A stretch of DNA of 64,000 nt from Nitrospira japonica (GCA_020723105.1 DYJL01000017.1:1395-65394); one strand, 5' to 3'; counted from the stretch's first letter, positions 49,657 through 60,674 are shown. Numbers and translations: made by a program. The notes: generated by a model not told the origin, from the letters alone.

Positions 49657-50952
49657 TCAGAGGTATTTCACCTCTGCCCTTCCCTTTTCTTCATTGACAA
49701 AATACAGCAACATCCCCCCGATGATGAAAAAAAATGCAAGAGAAGCAATGCCCACCCGTGATGCTATATTACTGGCATACCCCATTGATTTAACCAGCAG
49801 TCCGATCCCTCCCATAAATACAGGGCCCAGCACTGTAGCAGATTTTCCGATCATATTATAAAAACCGAAATACTCTGCTGATTTTTCAGGCGGTATGATT
49901 CTCGCATAAAAAGAACGGCTCAGGGACTGTATGCCCCCCTGAACAAAACCAACTGTTATTGCCAGAATGTAGAATTCATTTTTACTGTCCATAAAAGCTC
50001 CCCAGACAGTAACAAACAGATACACAGCAATTGCGATAAAGAGGCCCTTCTTCGTCCCGATTCTGTCAGCGAGATAACCAAATCCTATGGCACATGGAAA
50101 GCCGACAAACTGGGTGATAAGTAGTGCAACAATCAAATCATGGGCCTGTAACCCTATGGAAATACCATAATCAAGCGCCATGACTATGATTGTATCCACT
50201 CCGTCAATATAGAGCCAATATGCAAACAGAAAAAGAAAGATAGTTTTCAGATGCCGGATTTCATGAAAGGTATTTCGTAATTGAACAAGACCGGCTTTGA
50301 CCACATTCTTTCCATCTTTAACATTCGCACTTTCAGGTTCTTTGACGATTACGAGCATAGGAATGGAAAATACCGCCCACCAAATCCCAACAGAAATAAA
50401 AGAAAACCTGACCGCTTCATGAACCCCTGTGAAACCAAAGGTCACAGGGTGCAGCGTCATCCATACGTTCATCGCAAAAAGGAGGCCCCCTCCAAGATAA
50501 CCGAGTGCAAAACCAAAGGAAGAAACAAAGTCAAATTTCTTCTCTGATGAAACTGCGGTGATTAATGAATCATAAAAGATATTTCCCCCTGAAAATCCGA
50601 CAATTGCAAAAACATACAATACAATTGCAAAGAGCCAGTTATCCTGAGAGACCATATAAAGAGAGGAGGTCATCACAACACCCATATAGGCAAAGAAGAC
50701 GAGAAATTTTTTCCTTGACGTCCCTTTGTCAGCTATGGCTCCAAGCACAGGGGCAAGCAAGGCCACTGTTATGCCTGCAATAGAATTGGCCATTGCAAGC
50801 CTCGCCGTGCTTACTGTTACATCAACACCCGCGCTCCAGAACTGTTTAAAGAATACAGGGAAGAACCCTGCCATAACAGTCGTTGCAAAGGCTGAATTGG
50901 CCCAGTCATACAGGGCCCAGGCCAGAATTGCTTTCTTACTGTCAGACTGCAT
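49657..50952 (-). CDS. MFS transporter (UMF1/ATG22-like)
   Basis: WALYDWANSAF, APVLGAIAD, GYLGGG, GGIQSLSRS. Confidence 0.9.
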   Translation of the reverse strand: MQSDSKKAILAWALYDWANSAFATTVMAGFFPVFFKQFWSAGVDVTVSTARLAMANSIAGITVALLAPVLGAIADKGTSRKKFLVFFAYMGVVMTSSLYMVSQDNWLFAIVLYVFAIVGFSGGNIFYDSLITAVSSEKKFDFVSSFGFALGYLGGGLLFAMNVWMTLHPVTFGFTGVHEAVRFSFISVGIWWAVFSIPMLVIVKEPESANVKDGKNVVKAGLVQLRNTFHEIRHLKTIFLFLFAYWLYIDGVDTIIVMALDYGISIGLQAHDLIVALLITQFVGFPCAIGFGYLADRIGTKKGLFIAIAVYLFVTVWGAFMDSKNEFYILAITVGFVQGGIQSLSRSFYARIIPPEKSAEYFGFYNMIGKSATVLGPVFMGGIGLLVKSMGYASNIASRVGIASLAFFFIIGGMLLYFVNEEKGRAEVKYL

Positions 50953-51033
50953 AACGATATGGATTCATAGGTAGATTAGCCTCAATTATATCCCTGTTAA
51001 TTTAATCAGTCAAATTATGTTATTCTTTGCAAT

Positions 51034-51549
51034 ATGTTTAAAAAAATGAAATTCCTCTGGAAACTGTACCTCTATAAAACTCAGGGGCTCCTGGGGCTTA
51101 AGAGATGCGACATCATGTCCTTCATCAATGATTATTACAGGGAGGATTTTCTGAAACTTGACAAGAAAGATATTGCCGTAATTCTGCCCCATTGCCTTAT
51201 CAGTAAAAAATGCCCTGCAAAATTCTCGAAAACAGACGGGGTACTTTGCAATGAATGCAATCTCTGCGGATGCGGTAAAATCTGCTATTCTGCAAAACAG
51301 AGAGGTTATCAGTTCTACATTTCCCCGAGTGTAGGTTTCACCAAACGACTTGCCAAAAGGAAAAACCTCAAAGGAGTTATTGGCATTGCCTGTGACTATG
51401 AAATAGAAAAAGGTATCGGCGCTGAGAAGATCAGATACAGTGGGGTAAAGATTGCAGGCAACAGCATCAAGACACAGGGGCTGCGGCTTGATGTATACGA
51501 TTGCATCAACAACAGCGTGGACTGGGAAAAAATCGAAGGATTGATGTAG
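51034..51549 (+). CDS. DUF116-like Cys-rich protein
   Basis: ILPHCL..CPA..CNECNLC..VIGIACDYE..DCIN. Confidence 0.75.
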   Translation: MFKKMKFLWKLYLYKTQGLLGLKRCDIMSFINDYYREDFLKLDKKDIAVILPHCLISKKCPAKFSKTDGVLCNECNLCGCGKICYSAKQRGYQFYISPSVGFTKRLAKRKNLKGVIGIACDYEIEKGIGAEKIRYSGVKIAGNSIKTQGLRLDVYDCINNSVDWEKIEGLM

Positions 51550-51573
51550 TTTTATAATGTAAAGTTATTCTAT

Positions 51574-52620
51574 TCATTCTGCCACTACGCAGTTTTTGCC
51601 ATGTTTTTTTGCTGTATACAATGCATTATCTGCACGTTTAAAGAAAGCCTCCTGGGTTTCATTCTCCCGATACTCGGCAATACCTATGCTGATGCTGACT
51701 TTGCCCACTTTACCAAAGTCGTAACTGTTCACCATGTTCCTCATCTTCTCAGCCAGGATCTTCGCCTGTTCCAGCTTAGTCCCAACCGCAACAACTGCAA
51801 ACTCTTCACCGCCTATCCGGAAGAACGCGTCACTGTTTCTCAGGCTGTTTGATATTAATTTTGCCATTTTTTTCAATACGTCATCCCCTGTATCGTGCCC
51901 GAACTTATCATTTATACGCCTGAAATGGTCTATATCGAATATCAGCAAAGATGATAATAAATGGCGTCTATTCAGTAACTTCATTTCCTGCTTCAGTATT
52001 ACATTGAAGGAGTACCTGTTCAATATGCCTGTTAGATGATCATAGCTGGCCAGGTACTCAAGCTTATTCCTGACATGTCTCCTGATTAAAACTATGATCA
52101 GTACGACAGCAGCTATGTTAATGCCACTGATAATAAAGACAAAGCGCAGAAATACCAACTTGTTCTCCGATATTGACTGCGCTTCAAAGACAAGCACGTT
52201 AGCTGTTATCCAGCATTTTTCACTGAGTTCCAGCACCCGGGCCCTGTTTCCCTGATAGTTGTTTCTTCTAAGTTCGTAAATTTCTTCCTGAAGGAGTTTC
52301 CACTCCTTTCTCAGCTTCTGCTCCAATTCCATGTATTTTCTGCTCCTGATAAATATATCCAGCCCTTTACCCTGATTATCAAAGTCTGCAAGTATTGTAT
52401 TTATTTCTGATATATATTTATTGGCTTGCACCCCTGACAGCTCGAGCTTGGATATTCTCTGTATAGAACCCCTTACTATTCCGGCATAATTAATGACTCT
52501 TGCATCGTTTTTAATTCTTTCTATAACAAAGAAAACAAATAACGCATTGCTAATCACAATGAAAATAATAATCATTGCAACAAGTGTTAATTGTGTGGAA
52601 CGTCTTCTTGTTTCTATCAT
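51574..52620 (-). CDS. Membrane diguanylate cyclase with NarX/PilJ-like periplasmic helical sensor
   Basis: TM-DARVINYAGIVRGSIQR..TM; DIDHFRRINDKFGHDTGD..RNSD..RIGGEEF. Confidence 0.85.
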   Translation of the reverse strand: MIETRRRSTQLTLVAMIIIFIVISNALFVFFVIERIKNDARVINYAGIVRGSIQRISKLELSGVQANKYISEINTILADFDNQGKGLDIFIRSRKYMELEQKLRKEWKLLQEEIYELRRNNYQGNRARVLELSEKCWITANVLVFEAQSISENKLVFLRFVFIISGINIAAVVLIIVLIRRHVRNKLEYLASYDHLTGILNRYSFNVILKQEMKLLNRRHLLSSLLIFDIDHFRRINDKFGHDTGDDVLKKMAKLISNSLRNSDAFFRIGGEEFAVVAVGTKLEQAKILAEKMRNMVNSYDFGKVGKVSISIGIAEYRENETQEAFFKRADNALYTAKKHGKNCVVAE

Positions 52621-52787
52621 AATTCAATAAACATATTTCATAATATATTGTAACCGGATTATCTGGCTGTCCTCTGCCCTGTTTCAATTTATACAATTAA
52701 ATATATTTAATCAACAAGGCTATAAGTAATAATCATATCTCTATTCAACAATCATTGCAGCTTTTGTAAAGTTACAATAAAATATCC

Positions 52788-53780
52788 GTGAAAATGAAAG
52801 ATGATCCAAAAGCACTTAAAACAGAAATCAGGCGCCTCCGGAAAACTATCTCCAGATTGACCCCTTCGCTTGAAACCATGCTGAAACTCCGGGGCTTCAG
52901 CATATACAAAAAAGAACCTTCAGAAGATCTGCTGCTGCCTCAGAAAAAATATTTAAGCCTCTATACTGAGAAGTTAAAAAGATATTCCTTCAGGCTATTT
53001 CTCAGGGATGTTATAAAACATCAGGACGCCTTTACACCTGAAGCAGTAACAAGATATGCAACAGCAGAGGTGACATCACAATATATTGACTTTCTTTTGA
53101 GGACAGGGGTAATCGAGCGAATACCTGAAGGCTATCACATAAAAAACCGCCCTGTAAAAAGTTTTGGTGAGACCCTTGAGTGGTTTATTGCCAGATTGCT
53201 GCGAAAGGAATTTGAGGCTGAAACTGTTTGGGGCGTAAAATTCAAAAGGTCCCGGGCAGGCGGCGACTATGACATTCTTGCAAAAATTGAATCTTCAATA
53301 CTTTATATGGAAGTCAAATCCTCGCCGCCAAAGCAGATTTATGACGGGGAAATCATTGCCTTCCTGAAGCGTGTTAAAGACCTGAAACCTGATATATCAA
53401 TCTTCCTTGTTGACACTGAGCTGAGGATGAAAGACAAAATAGTCCCTATGTTCGGAGCCGTACTGCAAAAGAATTACGGAACTCCTCCTTCCGTTGAGCG
53501 GCTTGAAAAAGAATTGTTTCATATAGACAGAAAAATCTTTATAATAAACTCCAAAGACAGCATAGAGGCGAATATAGGGACTGTGCTGAGATTTTACTGG
53601 AGAGAAGAAAAGGAGTTCGTCATGGAAAAAACAATCTGCGCAATCTGTGCATGGAGAGAGACCTGCCAGAAAAAGTTCTCCGTAAGCGGCAGGGACCTTA
53701 AATGTGTTGATTATGTAAAAGACCTGTCTATTAAGGAAGAAAAAGAAGCGCCTGAAAAAGCTGAATCTGAAAAGAAATAA
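52788..53780 (+). CDS. PD-(D/E)XK nuclease-like protein with C-terminal Cys4 mini-domain
   Basis: GETLEWF..GGDYDILA..YMEVKS; tail CAICAWRETC..C. Confidence 0.6.
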   Translation: MKMKDDPKALKTEIRRLRKTISRLTPSLETMLKLRGFSIYKKEPSEDLLLPQKKYLSLYTEKLKRYSFRLFLRDVIKHQDAFTPEAVTRYATAEVTSQYIDFLLRTGVIERIPEGYHIKNRPVKSFGETLEWFIARLLRKEFEAETVWGVKFKRSRAGGDYDILAKIESSILYMEVKSSPPKQIYDGEIIAFLKRVKDLKPDISIFLVDTELRMKDKIVPMFGAVLQKNYGTPPSVERLEKELFHIDRKIFIINSKDSIEANIGTVLRFYWREEKEFVMEKTICAICAWRETCQKKFSVSGRDLKCVDYVKDLSIKEEKEAPEKAESEKK

Positions 53781-53785
53781 TATTT

Positions 53786-54424
53786 CTATTCAGCAGGACG
53801 CTCCTGCTCGTCCTGAGTTTCAACCTCAATTGCCTTTGGTTCATCATTAACGGGTTCTCCCGGCTTTGTTTCTTCCGGGATAATCTCCGGAGCTTCAGGA
53901 ATATCTACTTCCTGAAATTCTTTAAGGGTGGGCATTTCTGATAAGTCTTTCAACCCGAAATATTGGAGAAATTCCTTTGTTGTGCCGTACATAAGCGGCC
54001 GGCCCGGGACTTCTTTTCTGCCGAGGATCTTAACAAGTCTCCTGTCAAGGAGCGTCTTCACTACCCCATCGGAGTTAACACCCCTGATGGCTTCGATCTC
54101 AGCCTTGATAATCGGCTGCTTGTAGGCGATTATCGCAAGGGTTTCAAGTGACGGCTGAGATAATTTTGTAGGCACGGCAGTAGAAAGAAGCTTCTTTACC
54201 CAGGGAGCGCAGGCAGGATTGGTAACCATCTGAAAGCCTCCCGCAACTTCAGCAACAAGAAGGCCGTTGTTATTTATCGTATATTCATTAATGAGTTCCC
54301 TTGCCAGCCTTTCAACCTCGCCTTTATCAATCTCCAGAATGTTAATGAGTGAGTCCAGAGATATTGGCTCCCCGGCTATAAAGAGAATTGCTTCGAGTAT
54401 TGATTTTGCCTGCTTGTCATCCAT
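53786..54424 (-). CDS. scpB: SMC-Scp complex subunit ScpB
   Basis: LEAILF, LETLAIIAYKQPI, EAIRGVNS, GRPLMYGTT..FL..FGL; start trimmed to MDDKQ. Confidence 0.95.
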   Translation of the reverse strand: MDDKQAKSILEAILFIAGEPISLDSLINILEIDKGEVERLARELINEYTINNNGLLVAEVAGGFQMVTNPACAPWVKKLLSTAVPTKLSQPSLETLAIIAYKQPIIKAEIEAIRGVNSDGVVKTLLDRRLVKILGRKEVPGRPLMYGTTKEFLQYFGLKDLSEMPTLKEFQEVDIPEAPEIIPEETKPGEPVNDEPKAIEVETQDEQERPAE

Positions 54425-54440
54425 AATAAAAAACCCCTGT

Positions 54441-54501
54441 TGTAGGGGCAAGCATCTGTGCCTACCCATGGCAAGGGCAACCACAGAGGGTTGCCCCTAC
54501 A
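54441..54501. repeat. GTAG-type REP doublet upstream of scpB
   Basis: TGTAGGGGCAAGCATCTGTGCCTACCCATGGCAAGGGCAACCACAGAGGGTTGCCCCTACA, homologous to 48438-48492. Confidence 0.85.
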
Positions 54502-54617
54502 AGAAACATATCACAATTCCTGAATAATGAAGAAAAGAGTAACAAAAATAGCTTAAAAATACAATGTCTTTCCAAGGGGTTTATAGCCGGTTTGATGCCG
54601 TTGATAAATTTTTTAGC

Positions 54618-54645
54618 TAAAGAAAAATCAGTTAATTGCCGATAA
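54618..54645 (+). promoter_or_regulatory. Sigma28-type promoter
   Basis: TAAAG-aaaaatcagttaatt-GCCGATAA (consensus -10) ahead of rhodanese and MCP. Confidence 0.75.
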
Positions 54646-54713
54646 TTAAGTGTAATTAGAGAAACCACCATCGGTGGGTACACAAAAGACCTATATAGTT
54701 AAGGGAGGGTTAT

Positions 54714-55193
54714 ATGGTTAAACAATGGTTAATGGTAACAGCAGCAGTTACCCTGCTTGTAGCAGGTATTGCCTTCGCAGGATCATATCCTGACGATCTG
54801 ACACAGCAATTTATGGCTTTCAAGGCTGATGGAGAGGCGGGAAAAGAAATGCCTGCTGCTCTGGAAGGGGTACATACTGCCACAACCAATGAAGCCTATA
54901 AGATGTGGAAAGAGAAAAAGGCTGTTATTCTCGATTGCCGTCCTAAGTCGCAATATGACACTGAGAGGATTCAGGGCGCAGAGCTTTTTATAGCTGACGA
55001 CTTTATCAGCAATCCTTCTATGGCAGAAAAACTTGACAAGAACAAGACCTATCTTCTTTATTGTAACGGAGTAAAATGCTGGCGTTCGACCTCAGTAGCT
55101 CTTATACTTGCCAAACATTTTGGTTTCAAAAATATCTATTGGTACAGAGACGGCATCATGGACTGGAAGAAAAACAGTTACCCTATTGAGTAA
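54714..55193 (+). CDS. Exported rhodanese-like protein
   Basis: Sec signal (AFA); ILDCRPKSQY..RIQGA; YCNGVKCWRS loop; WYRDGIMDW. Confidence 0.85.
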   Translation: MVKQWLMVTAAVTLLVAGIAFAGSYPDDLTQQFMAFKADGEAGKEMPAALEGVHTATTNEAYKMWKEKKAVILDCRPKSQYDTERIQGAELFIADDFISNPSMAEKLDKNKTYLLYCNGVKCWRSTSVALILAKHFGFKNIYWYRDGIMDWKKNSYPIE

Positions 55194-55287
55194 TGGCACA
55201 GATACCGGAATAAGGGGTAATGGAAAAACATATTGTCAATTTCCTTACCCCTCTTCTGTTATATGAAATATTGAACAGGGAATCGCC

Positions 55288-57741
55288 TTGACTATAAAAA
55301 CTAAATTAACATTGAATATTGTTATTGTTCTTGTAATTGTAGGCGCAGTTGCAACCACGAGCGTCATAGGAATGAGATTCATCAAGAACAAGCTATTCTA
55401 TCTCACGGAACGAAGCACTCCCTTTCAGATGAAGACTTTGGAATTTCAGAAGGCTATACAGGGAGTCACCGCAGATATCCTTAAGGTCAGCTCTTCAAAT
55501 AATATTGATAAATATAATGTTACCCGCCCGGAGGCTGAAAAATCTCTGGCAGAAGTTCACAAAATACAAAGTGAGTTAGAGGCTCTTTATGGCGGCCAGA
55601 AAATAGCAACCTACGAAGAATTAAATATAATAGCTCAGGAACTGTTTGAGATAACAAACAGCAGACTCAAATCAGAAGGGTATATTGTAGAGGCTAATAA
55701 ATTAATAACCCAAAGATTAAGGGAATCCACAAATCTCTTAAAGCAACTGGATGAAAAGGTGAAAGGATTTCAGCTTAATCGTTCAGCAACTGTTCTGACT
55801 TTACAGACTAACATAAAGACAATTACACGCAGGCTCAAAGAAGTAGAGGCGTTACGACCTATTTTAAAAGACGTTCAGGTAGCTGTCTTCGAAATACAGA
55901 GGGCTCAGGACAAAAAAACATTAACATCTGTCCATGAGAAAATCAGCTCCATAATAACCAAAACACTTCAAACCGAATTTATAAAAGAATCAAAGGATCT
56001 TTCCAGCGAAATAAAAACGTCAGGCGAAAAGCTGGAAGAAATTATAAAACTGCAGGGCTCTGTTATTGAGCAGGTAAAAGACGATACAAAAGACAGGCAG
56101 AATGAACTGATTAAAGATGTGGACCGGAGATTATTGACGGTTTTTTCCGCAATAGACCGTGAAGCTAATTCGCTGCATGACAAAAATGATACAGAAAACA
56201 AGAGGGAAGAGGATGCCTTTACACAGGCCAATATTGCCTTTAATGCCTTATCAACCTCGTCAGAACTGTTGCCGATTGGGTTACATATAGAAACATTATC
56301 AATCAGTCTCTTTAATGTAATGTCTTTAAAAGAGCTGGAAGGCATTGAACTTGAAATCAAAAAAGGTTTTGAAAAGATTGAATATACCCAAAAAGCTATG
56401 GAAAAGCTGTTAACAAAGCTCAAGGCAAAAGATGAACATGAAATATATTTAAACGTGTCCAAAGCCTTAAACTCAATTAAAGGAATTCTGCTGGCACATG
56501 ACGGTACAATTAATAAAATTCGTGATCAGCTTACCATTAAGGCAAAGGTCCTGCAATCCGCCGACAAATTGAGAGAGATTGTTTTCAGTCAGGCCGAGAA
56601 AGGTAAAGAGACTGTTGCCTCCGCAAAAGGCGAACAGGAAAAAGCAATAGGCATTGTAAATAATATGGTGCGTGTCAGTGCAATACTTGTAGTACTGATA
56701 AGCATCGGAGCTATTATATTCGGCATAACCTTCGGCACCTGGGTATATAAGTCCATTGCAAGCCCACTGGACCAGCTTATGAAAGTTTCTAATGGGGTCG
56801 CAAATGGTGACTTGAAATGCATGATATCTGCCAACAGCAATGACGAGGTCGGCACAGTCCAGACATCTGTAGCAAAAATGGTTACAAATCTCAGGGATAT
56901 TGTCGGCAGAATGTTGACAGCCACATCCAGTCTTGCAATCAGTTCAGAGCAGTTGTCAGCTACAGCAACCTTACTGGATAAAGGCTCTCAGGACCAAACT
57001 CATCAGATAGAACAATCAACAACATCTATAACTGAAATGTCACAACTCACTGTGGAAGTGGCAAAAAATGCAGGGGATGCAGCAAATACATCACAAAAAA
57101 CTTCAGAGCTGGCAAAAAAGGGCAAGGATGCCGTGGAGCAAACCGTTCAGGGAATGTTGAATATCTCAAAAGCGGTTAAAGATGCCTCAATGCTTGCAAC
57201 TTCTCTTGGTGAAAGCTCTAAAGAAATTGACAAGGTAGTAGATGTTATAAATGAAATAGCTGAACAGATAAATCTCCTGGCTTTAAACGCAGCCATTGAA
57301 GCAGCAAGAGCTGGTGAGTATGGAAGAGGCTTTGCCGTGGTAGCAGACGAGGTAAGACAGCTCTCAGAAAAAACAGTCGGTTCAACAAAGGAGATCTCCG
57401 GTATAATCAAGAACATTCAGACTACCGCTTCAAAGTCCATAGAAGCCATGATTCGCGGGGAAATAGAAGTGGACAAAGGAGTAAAGCTTTCTGAAACCGC
57501 AAGGTCATCCCTGGATATGATAGTGGCAGCCTCTGAAAAAGGAGCTGATATGATATACAAAATTGCCGGAGGCTCAGAAAAACAATCTTCTGCTGCAGAA
57601 GAGGTATCGCAAAACATGGACCATATATCCCTTGTAACAAAAGAACTTAGCAACTCCATAGCCGAGATAAAGAAAACTTCAGAATCCCTCTCACATCAGG
57701 CCAGCGAACTTAATTCCATGGCTACATGGTTTAAAACGTAG
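55288..57741 (+). CDS. Methyl-accepting chemotaxis protein with about 430-aa helical periplasmic region
   Basis: TM..TM-HAMP; [34 protein letters not shown]. Confidence 0.95.
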   Translation: MTIKTKLTLNIVIVLVIVGAVATTSVIGMRFIKNKLFYLTERSTPFQMKTLEFQKAIQGVTADILKVSSSNNIDKYNVTRPEAEKSLAEVHKIQSELEALYGGQKIATYEELNIIAQELFEITNSRLKSEGYIVEANKLITQRLRESTNLLKQLDEKVKGFQLNRSATVLTLQTNIKTITRRLKEVEALRPILKDVQVAVFEIQRAQDKKTLTSVHEKISSIITKTLQTEFIKESKDLSSEIKTSGEKLEEIIKLQGSVIEQVKDDTKDRQNELIKDVDRRLLTVFSAIDREANSLHDKNDTENKREEDAFTQANIAFNALSTSSELLPIGLHIETLSISLFNVMSLKELEGIELEIKKGFEKIEYTQKAMEKLLTKLKAKDEHEIYLNVSKALNSIKGILLAHDGTINKIRDQLTIKAKVLQSADKLREIVFSQAEKGKETVASAKGEQEKAIGIVNNMVRVSAILVVLISIGAIIFGITFGTWVYKSIASPLDQLMKVSNGVANGDLKCMISANSNDEVGTVQTSVAKMVTNLRDIVGRMLTATSSLAISSEQLSATATLLDKGSQDQTHQIEQSTTSITEMSQLTVEVAKNAGDAANTSQKTSELAKKGKDAVEQTVQGMLNISKAVKDASMLATSLGESSKEIDKVVDVINEIAEQINLLALNAAIEAARAGEYGRGFAVVADEVRQLSEKTVGSTKEISGIIKNIQTTASKSIEAMIRGEIEVDKGVKLSETARSSLDMIVAASEKGADMIYKIAGGSEKQSSAAEEVSQNMDHISLVTKELSNSIAEIKKTSESLSHQASELNSMATWFKT

Positions 57742-57747
57742 AAACTA

Positions 57748-58485
57748 TCAGGAAGCTTTTCTTAAATATATACCTAAGGGGTGTTTTTTCAGTACTTCTG
57801 AATCTTTGCCGTTATTTAACAGCTCCAACATTCTGGTAAATGACTCCCGTCTGAAACTATAAATATCCATCACGGGAATTTCATAGGGGAAGCGATCATC
57901 AATAAAATTGGAAATCGGGGCATAATTGGGTAACCTCGATAAGAATAGAACCCCTTTAAATATCCTTTTATTCGTTTTAAAAGAAAAAAAGAGGCTTTCG
58001 AGTTTATCTTCCATGAAAATATCATTTTTCTTTTGCATAACCTTGTCAAGGTTCTTCAGCGTCCTTCTGTATTTCTTGTCAACAATACTATCTGCCTTGA
58101 CTTCTAACATAGAGTGTTTGAAAGGTACCCGGGTTTTTTCGAGATTGTGCACTACGGTATCCGCACAAAGATGTGTTAAATAACCATAAGCAAAGGCCTT
58201 CTGCCGGTTTGTCTTTGCAGCTTCAAATAACTTCCATGCATTGTCCCAGTTGTGGGAATTTTTGTCATGTTCATGGAATCTTCTTCCAAGGATTATATCT
58301 GCGCTGAGATTGCCGTACAGAAAATCGTTCTTGTATTTCTTGATAATGCTGTAGACTCCTGCCGGTACAAGGGCGGCTCCAAGATCCAGTACTTGATGAC
58401 CAAGGTAAAGGTGCGTAAGTGGCCCCCAGGCATCTGCAATAGAAGGGATCAGAAGAAGCGACATGATAAAACTGACAATAAACAT
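57748..58485 (-). CDS. Zinc-dependent phospholipase C family protein
   Basis: Signal then WGPLTH (N-terminal Trp/His Zn ligands); G.LSAD; GYLTHLCADTVVHN; H..LE. Confidence 0.8.
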   Translation of the reverse strand: MFIVSFIMSLLLIPSIADAWGPLTHLYLGHQVLDLGAALVPAGVYSIIKKYKNDFLYGNLSADIILGRRFHEHDKNSHNWDNAWKLFEAAKTNRQKAFAYGYLTHLCADTVVHNLEKTRVPFKHSMLEVKADSIVDKKYRRTLKNLDKVMQKKNDIFMEDKLESLFFSFKTNKRIFKGVLFLSRLPNYAPISNFIDDRFPYEIPVMDIYSFRRESFTRMLELLNNGKDSEVLKKHPLGIYLRKAS

Positions 58486-58882
58486 TTAACTTAGTTTAGG
58501 ACATTCTTTTGGAAAAATCTATAGCATAAATTACCTTCTTAAAAAAGCTGTTACCCACTGACAAAAATTTACATTTTCTTTACACACATTAACAGCACAT
58601 TTACAAAACCGTCTGATACCATTAATGCAGGATAATCTGAATATGCATGCTTTTTCGAAAACAATTGAATTGATCAATGCTGAATTTTGCAAATCGTTTG
58701 ATAATCAATGCTTATATTTATTGACCGGATACTGCTTATGTGATAAAAGCTTGATAAGCAGGCGAATAGACTATATGGAATCTCAATCACGAAACCCTAA
58801 TACATGAAAAAAAAGGAGGTGAAAGAACTTTTAACTTTGCATTTGATTTCTAAAAATTAACTTAAAAAAGGGGGAATTAAAA

Positions 58883-60598
58883 ATGAAAAAAAATATCTAC
58901 ATCCTGATTGCGGCAGCGCTTGCTCTTGTCTTTACGGTAGGCCTTTATTATTCAAAAGTAGATGCCCAGACTGAAAAGGCCTCTGCCAAGACAGCAGTTC
59001 AAAAAGAGAAAGACGTCAAGGCGGAGACATGCTATGAATGTCATGACCAGATTCAGGAGCTCCATAAGATGGGGAAACATTCAAAGGTCAATTGCGCGAA
59101 CTGCCACAAGGAGCTTGACAAGCATCTGAAGGCCGCGGAAAACCAGACACCGGAAACAAGGCCTGTAACTGACACATCATGGGAAGCCTGCGGCCAGTGC
59201 CATAAGGAACAATACGAGACATTTATGAAGACCGCCTATCACAGGCCGGCGCGTGATGAAAAATCACAGCTTACAAACAGGTCTCCAAACCCATTCTGGG
59301 ACAAACTGATGGCAGGTCACGGCTTTACAAAAGAGCACAACCTTACGAGAAGCCATAACTGGATGCTTACAGATCATCTCATAGTTGACAGGGCCTATGG
59401 CGGAAGATTCCAGGGTAAAAACGGATGGCAATATATATTTGAGACCGGCAAGGCTTGGGACATACTCCAGGATAATTATCCGGATGTTGCCGAGCACAAA
59501 CCTTTTATTCCGCAAAGCGCCGCTGCTGCAAATCCTGTGTGTCTGCAATGTAAAACGCAGGACCAGATACTCAAATGGTCGTACATGGGCGACCCTGTTC
59601 AGGGCGCAACATGGTCCAGAACCTCAAAGGTATTTGAATTTGTCAAAGATCTCCAGCACGGACTTAACTGCTTCTTCTGTCATGACCCTCACGCTGCAAA
59701 GCCGAGAATCGTAAGAGACGGTTTAATTGATGCGCTCACAAGGCCTGAAGCGGATACACTCTGGCATAAGGATCCCAACAGAACAGGGATAAAGGTTATT
59801 GACATGGGCATGAGAGGCTTTACAAGGAAGATCGCTCTGCTCGATAAATATGACACAAGACTTCAGTGCGGACAGTGCCATGTCGAGTACAATTGCAATC
59901 CGGGTTATGATCCGAAGAATCCTGACACGTCGAAACCCAATGTTACAATGGCTGACAGAAGGACCAACCATTTCCCGTACAAGGATGTATTTGAGCTCTA
60001 TGATCATTATGTAAATAAAGTCAGCTTCCTCGATTTTAAACATGCCATAACAGGCGGACTGCTCTGGAAGGCCCAGCATCCTGAAGCTGAAGTTTATTAC
60101 AATTCTAAGCATGCAAAGGCCGGAGCAGGCTGTGACAGCTGTCATACGCCGAAGGTAAAAGACAAAAAAACCGGAAAGGTCTACACCTCTCATTTCGCGG
60201 TCACTCCAAAAGTCCAGCTTAATGACACCTGTCTTAAATGCCATCCCAAGTGGACCGAGGAACAGGCGCGGTATGCGATTGATTCTGTAAAAGCCCATAT
60301 ACGGGGCAAAATGAGAAAGGCTGAATACTGGCTGTCAACACTGATCGACAGAATCGCAGCAGCCAAGAAGGGCGGGGTAGATGCCGAGATCATAAAGCAG
60401 GCGCAGGACCAGCATCTCAAGGCACATATCCTCTGGGAATTCTGGACTGCCGAGAATTCAGACGGTTTCCATAATCCCCAAATGGCAAAGGAATCTATGA
60501 CTAAGTCCATTGACGAGTCCCAGAAAGGCATCAAGATCATCGATGACGCGATGGCGCCCAAACCTGCTGCTGCAGCACCGGCTGCACCGGCAAAGTAA
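58883..60598 (+). CDS. Octaheme cytochrome c nitrite reductase (ammonia-forming, ONR/TvNiR type)
   Basis: Signal peptide; 7 CxxCH plus one CxxCK (CLQCK, fourth heme); KAQHPEAE; AENSDGFHNP. Confidence 0.92.
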   Translation: MKKNIYILIAAALALVFTVGLYYSKVDAQTEKASAKTAVQKEKDVKAETCYECHDQIQELHKMGKHSKVNCANCHKELDKHLKAAENQTPETRPVTDTSWEACGQCHKEQYETFMKTAYHRPARDEKSQLTNRSPNPFWDKLMAGHGFTKEHNLTRSHNWMLTDHLIVDRAYGGRFQGKNGWQYIFETGKAWDILQDNYPDVAEHKPFIPQSAAAANPVCLQCKTQDQILKWSYMGDPVQGATWSRTSKVFEFVKDLQHGLNCFFCHDPHAAKPRIVRDGLIDALTRPEADTLWHKDPNRTGIKVIDMGMRGFTRKIALLDKYDTRLQCGQCHVEYNCNPGYDPKNPDTSKPNVTMADRRTNHFPYKDVFELYDHYVNKVSFLDFKHAITGGLLWKAQHPEAEVYYNSKHAKAGAGCDSCHTPKVKDKKTGKVYTSHFAVTPKVQLNDTCLKCHPKWTEEQARYAIDSVKAHIRGKMRKAEYWLSTLIDRIAAAKKGGVDAEIIKQAQDQHLKAHILWEFWTAENSDGFHNPQMAKESMTKSIDESQKGIKIIDDAMAPKPAAAAPAAPAK

Positions 60599-60610
60599 TT
60601 AACTTCAAAA

Positions 60611-60635
60611 AAGGCGGAGCATAGTGCTCCGCCTT
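60611..60635. terminator. Stem-loop after ONR (terminator or stabilising hairpin)
   Basis: aaggcggagca-tag-tgctccgcctt; weak U-tract on the + strand. Confidence 0.6.
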
Positions 60636-60674
60636 CTGATTTTACAAGATGGGGAAGGGGGTGAAATTTTAGAT

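Noticed and set aside
54425-54484. N-terminal extension of ScpB in the ORF track, and similar extensions of coaE, parA and radC
   Set aside because: The extensions run through REP, heptamer or intergenic DNA; family homology starts at the downstream Met.
54659-54700. GAAACCACC-ATC-GGTGGGTACACAAAAG resembling part of a c-di-GMP-I (GEMM) riboswitch
   Set aside because: It lacks the GNRA tetraloop, the second stem with its receptor and room for P1; only a short hairpin is supported.
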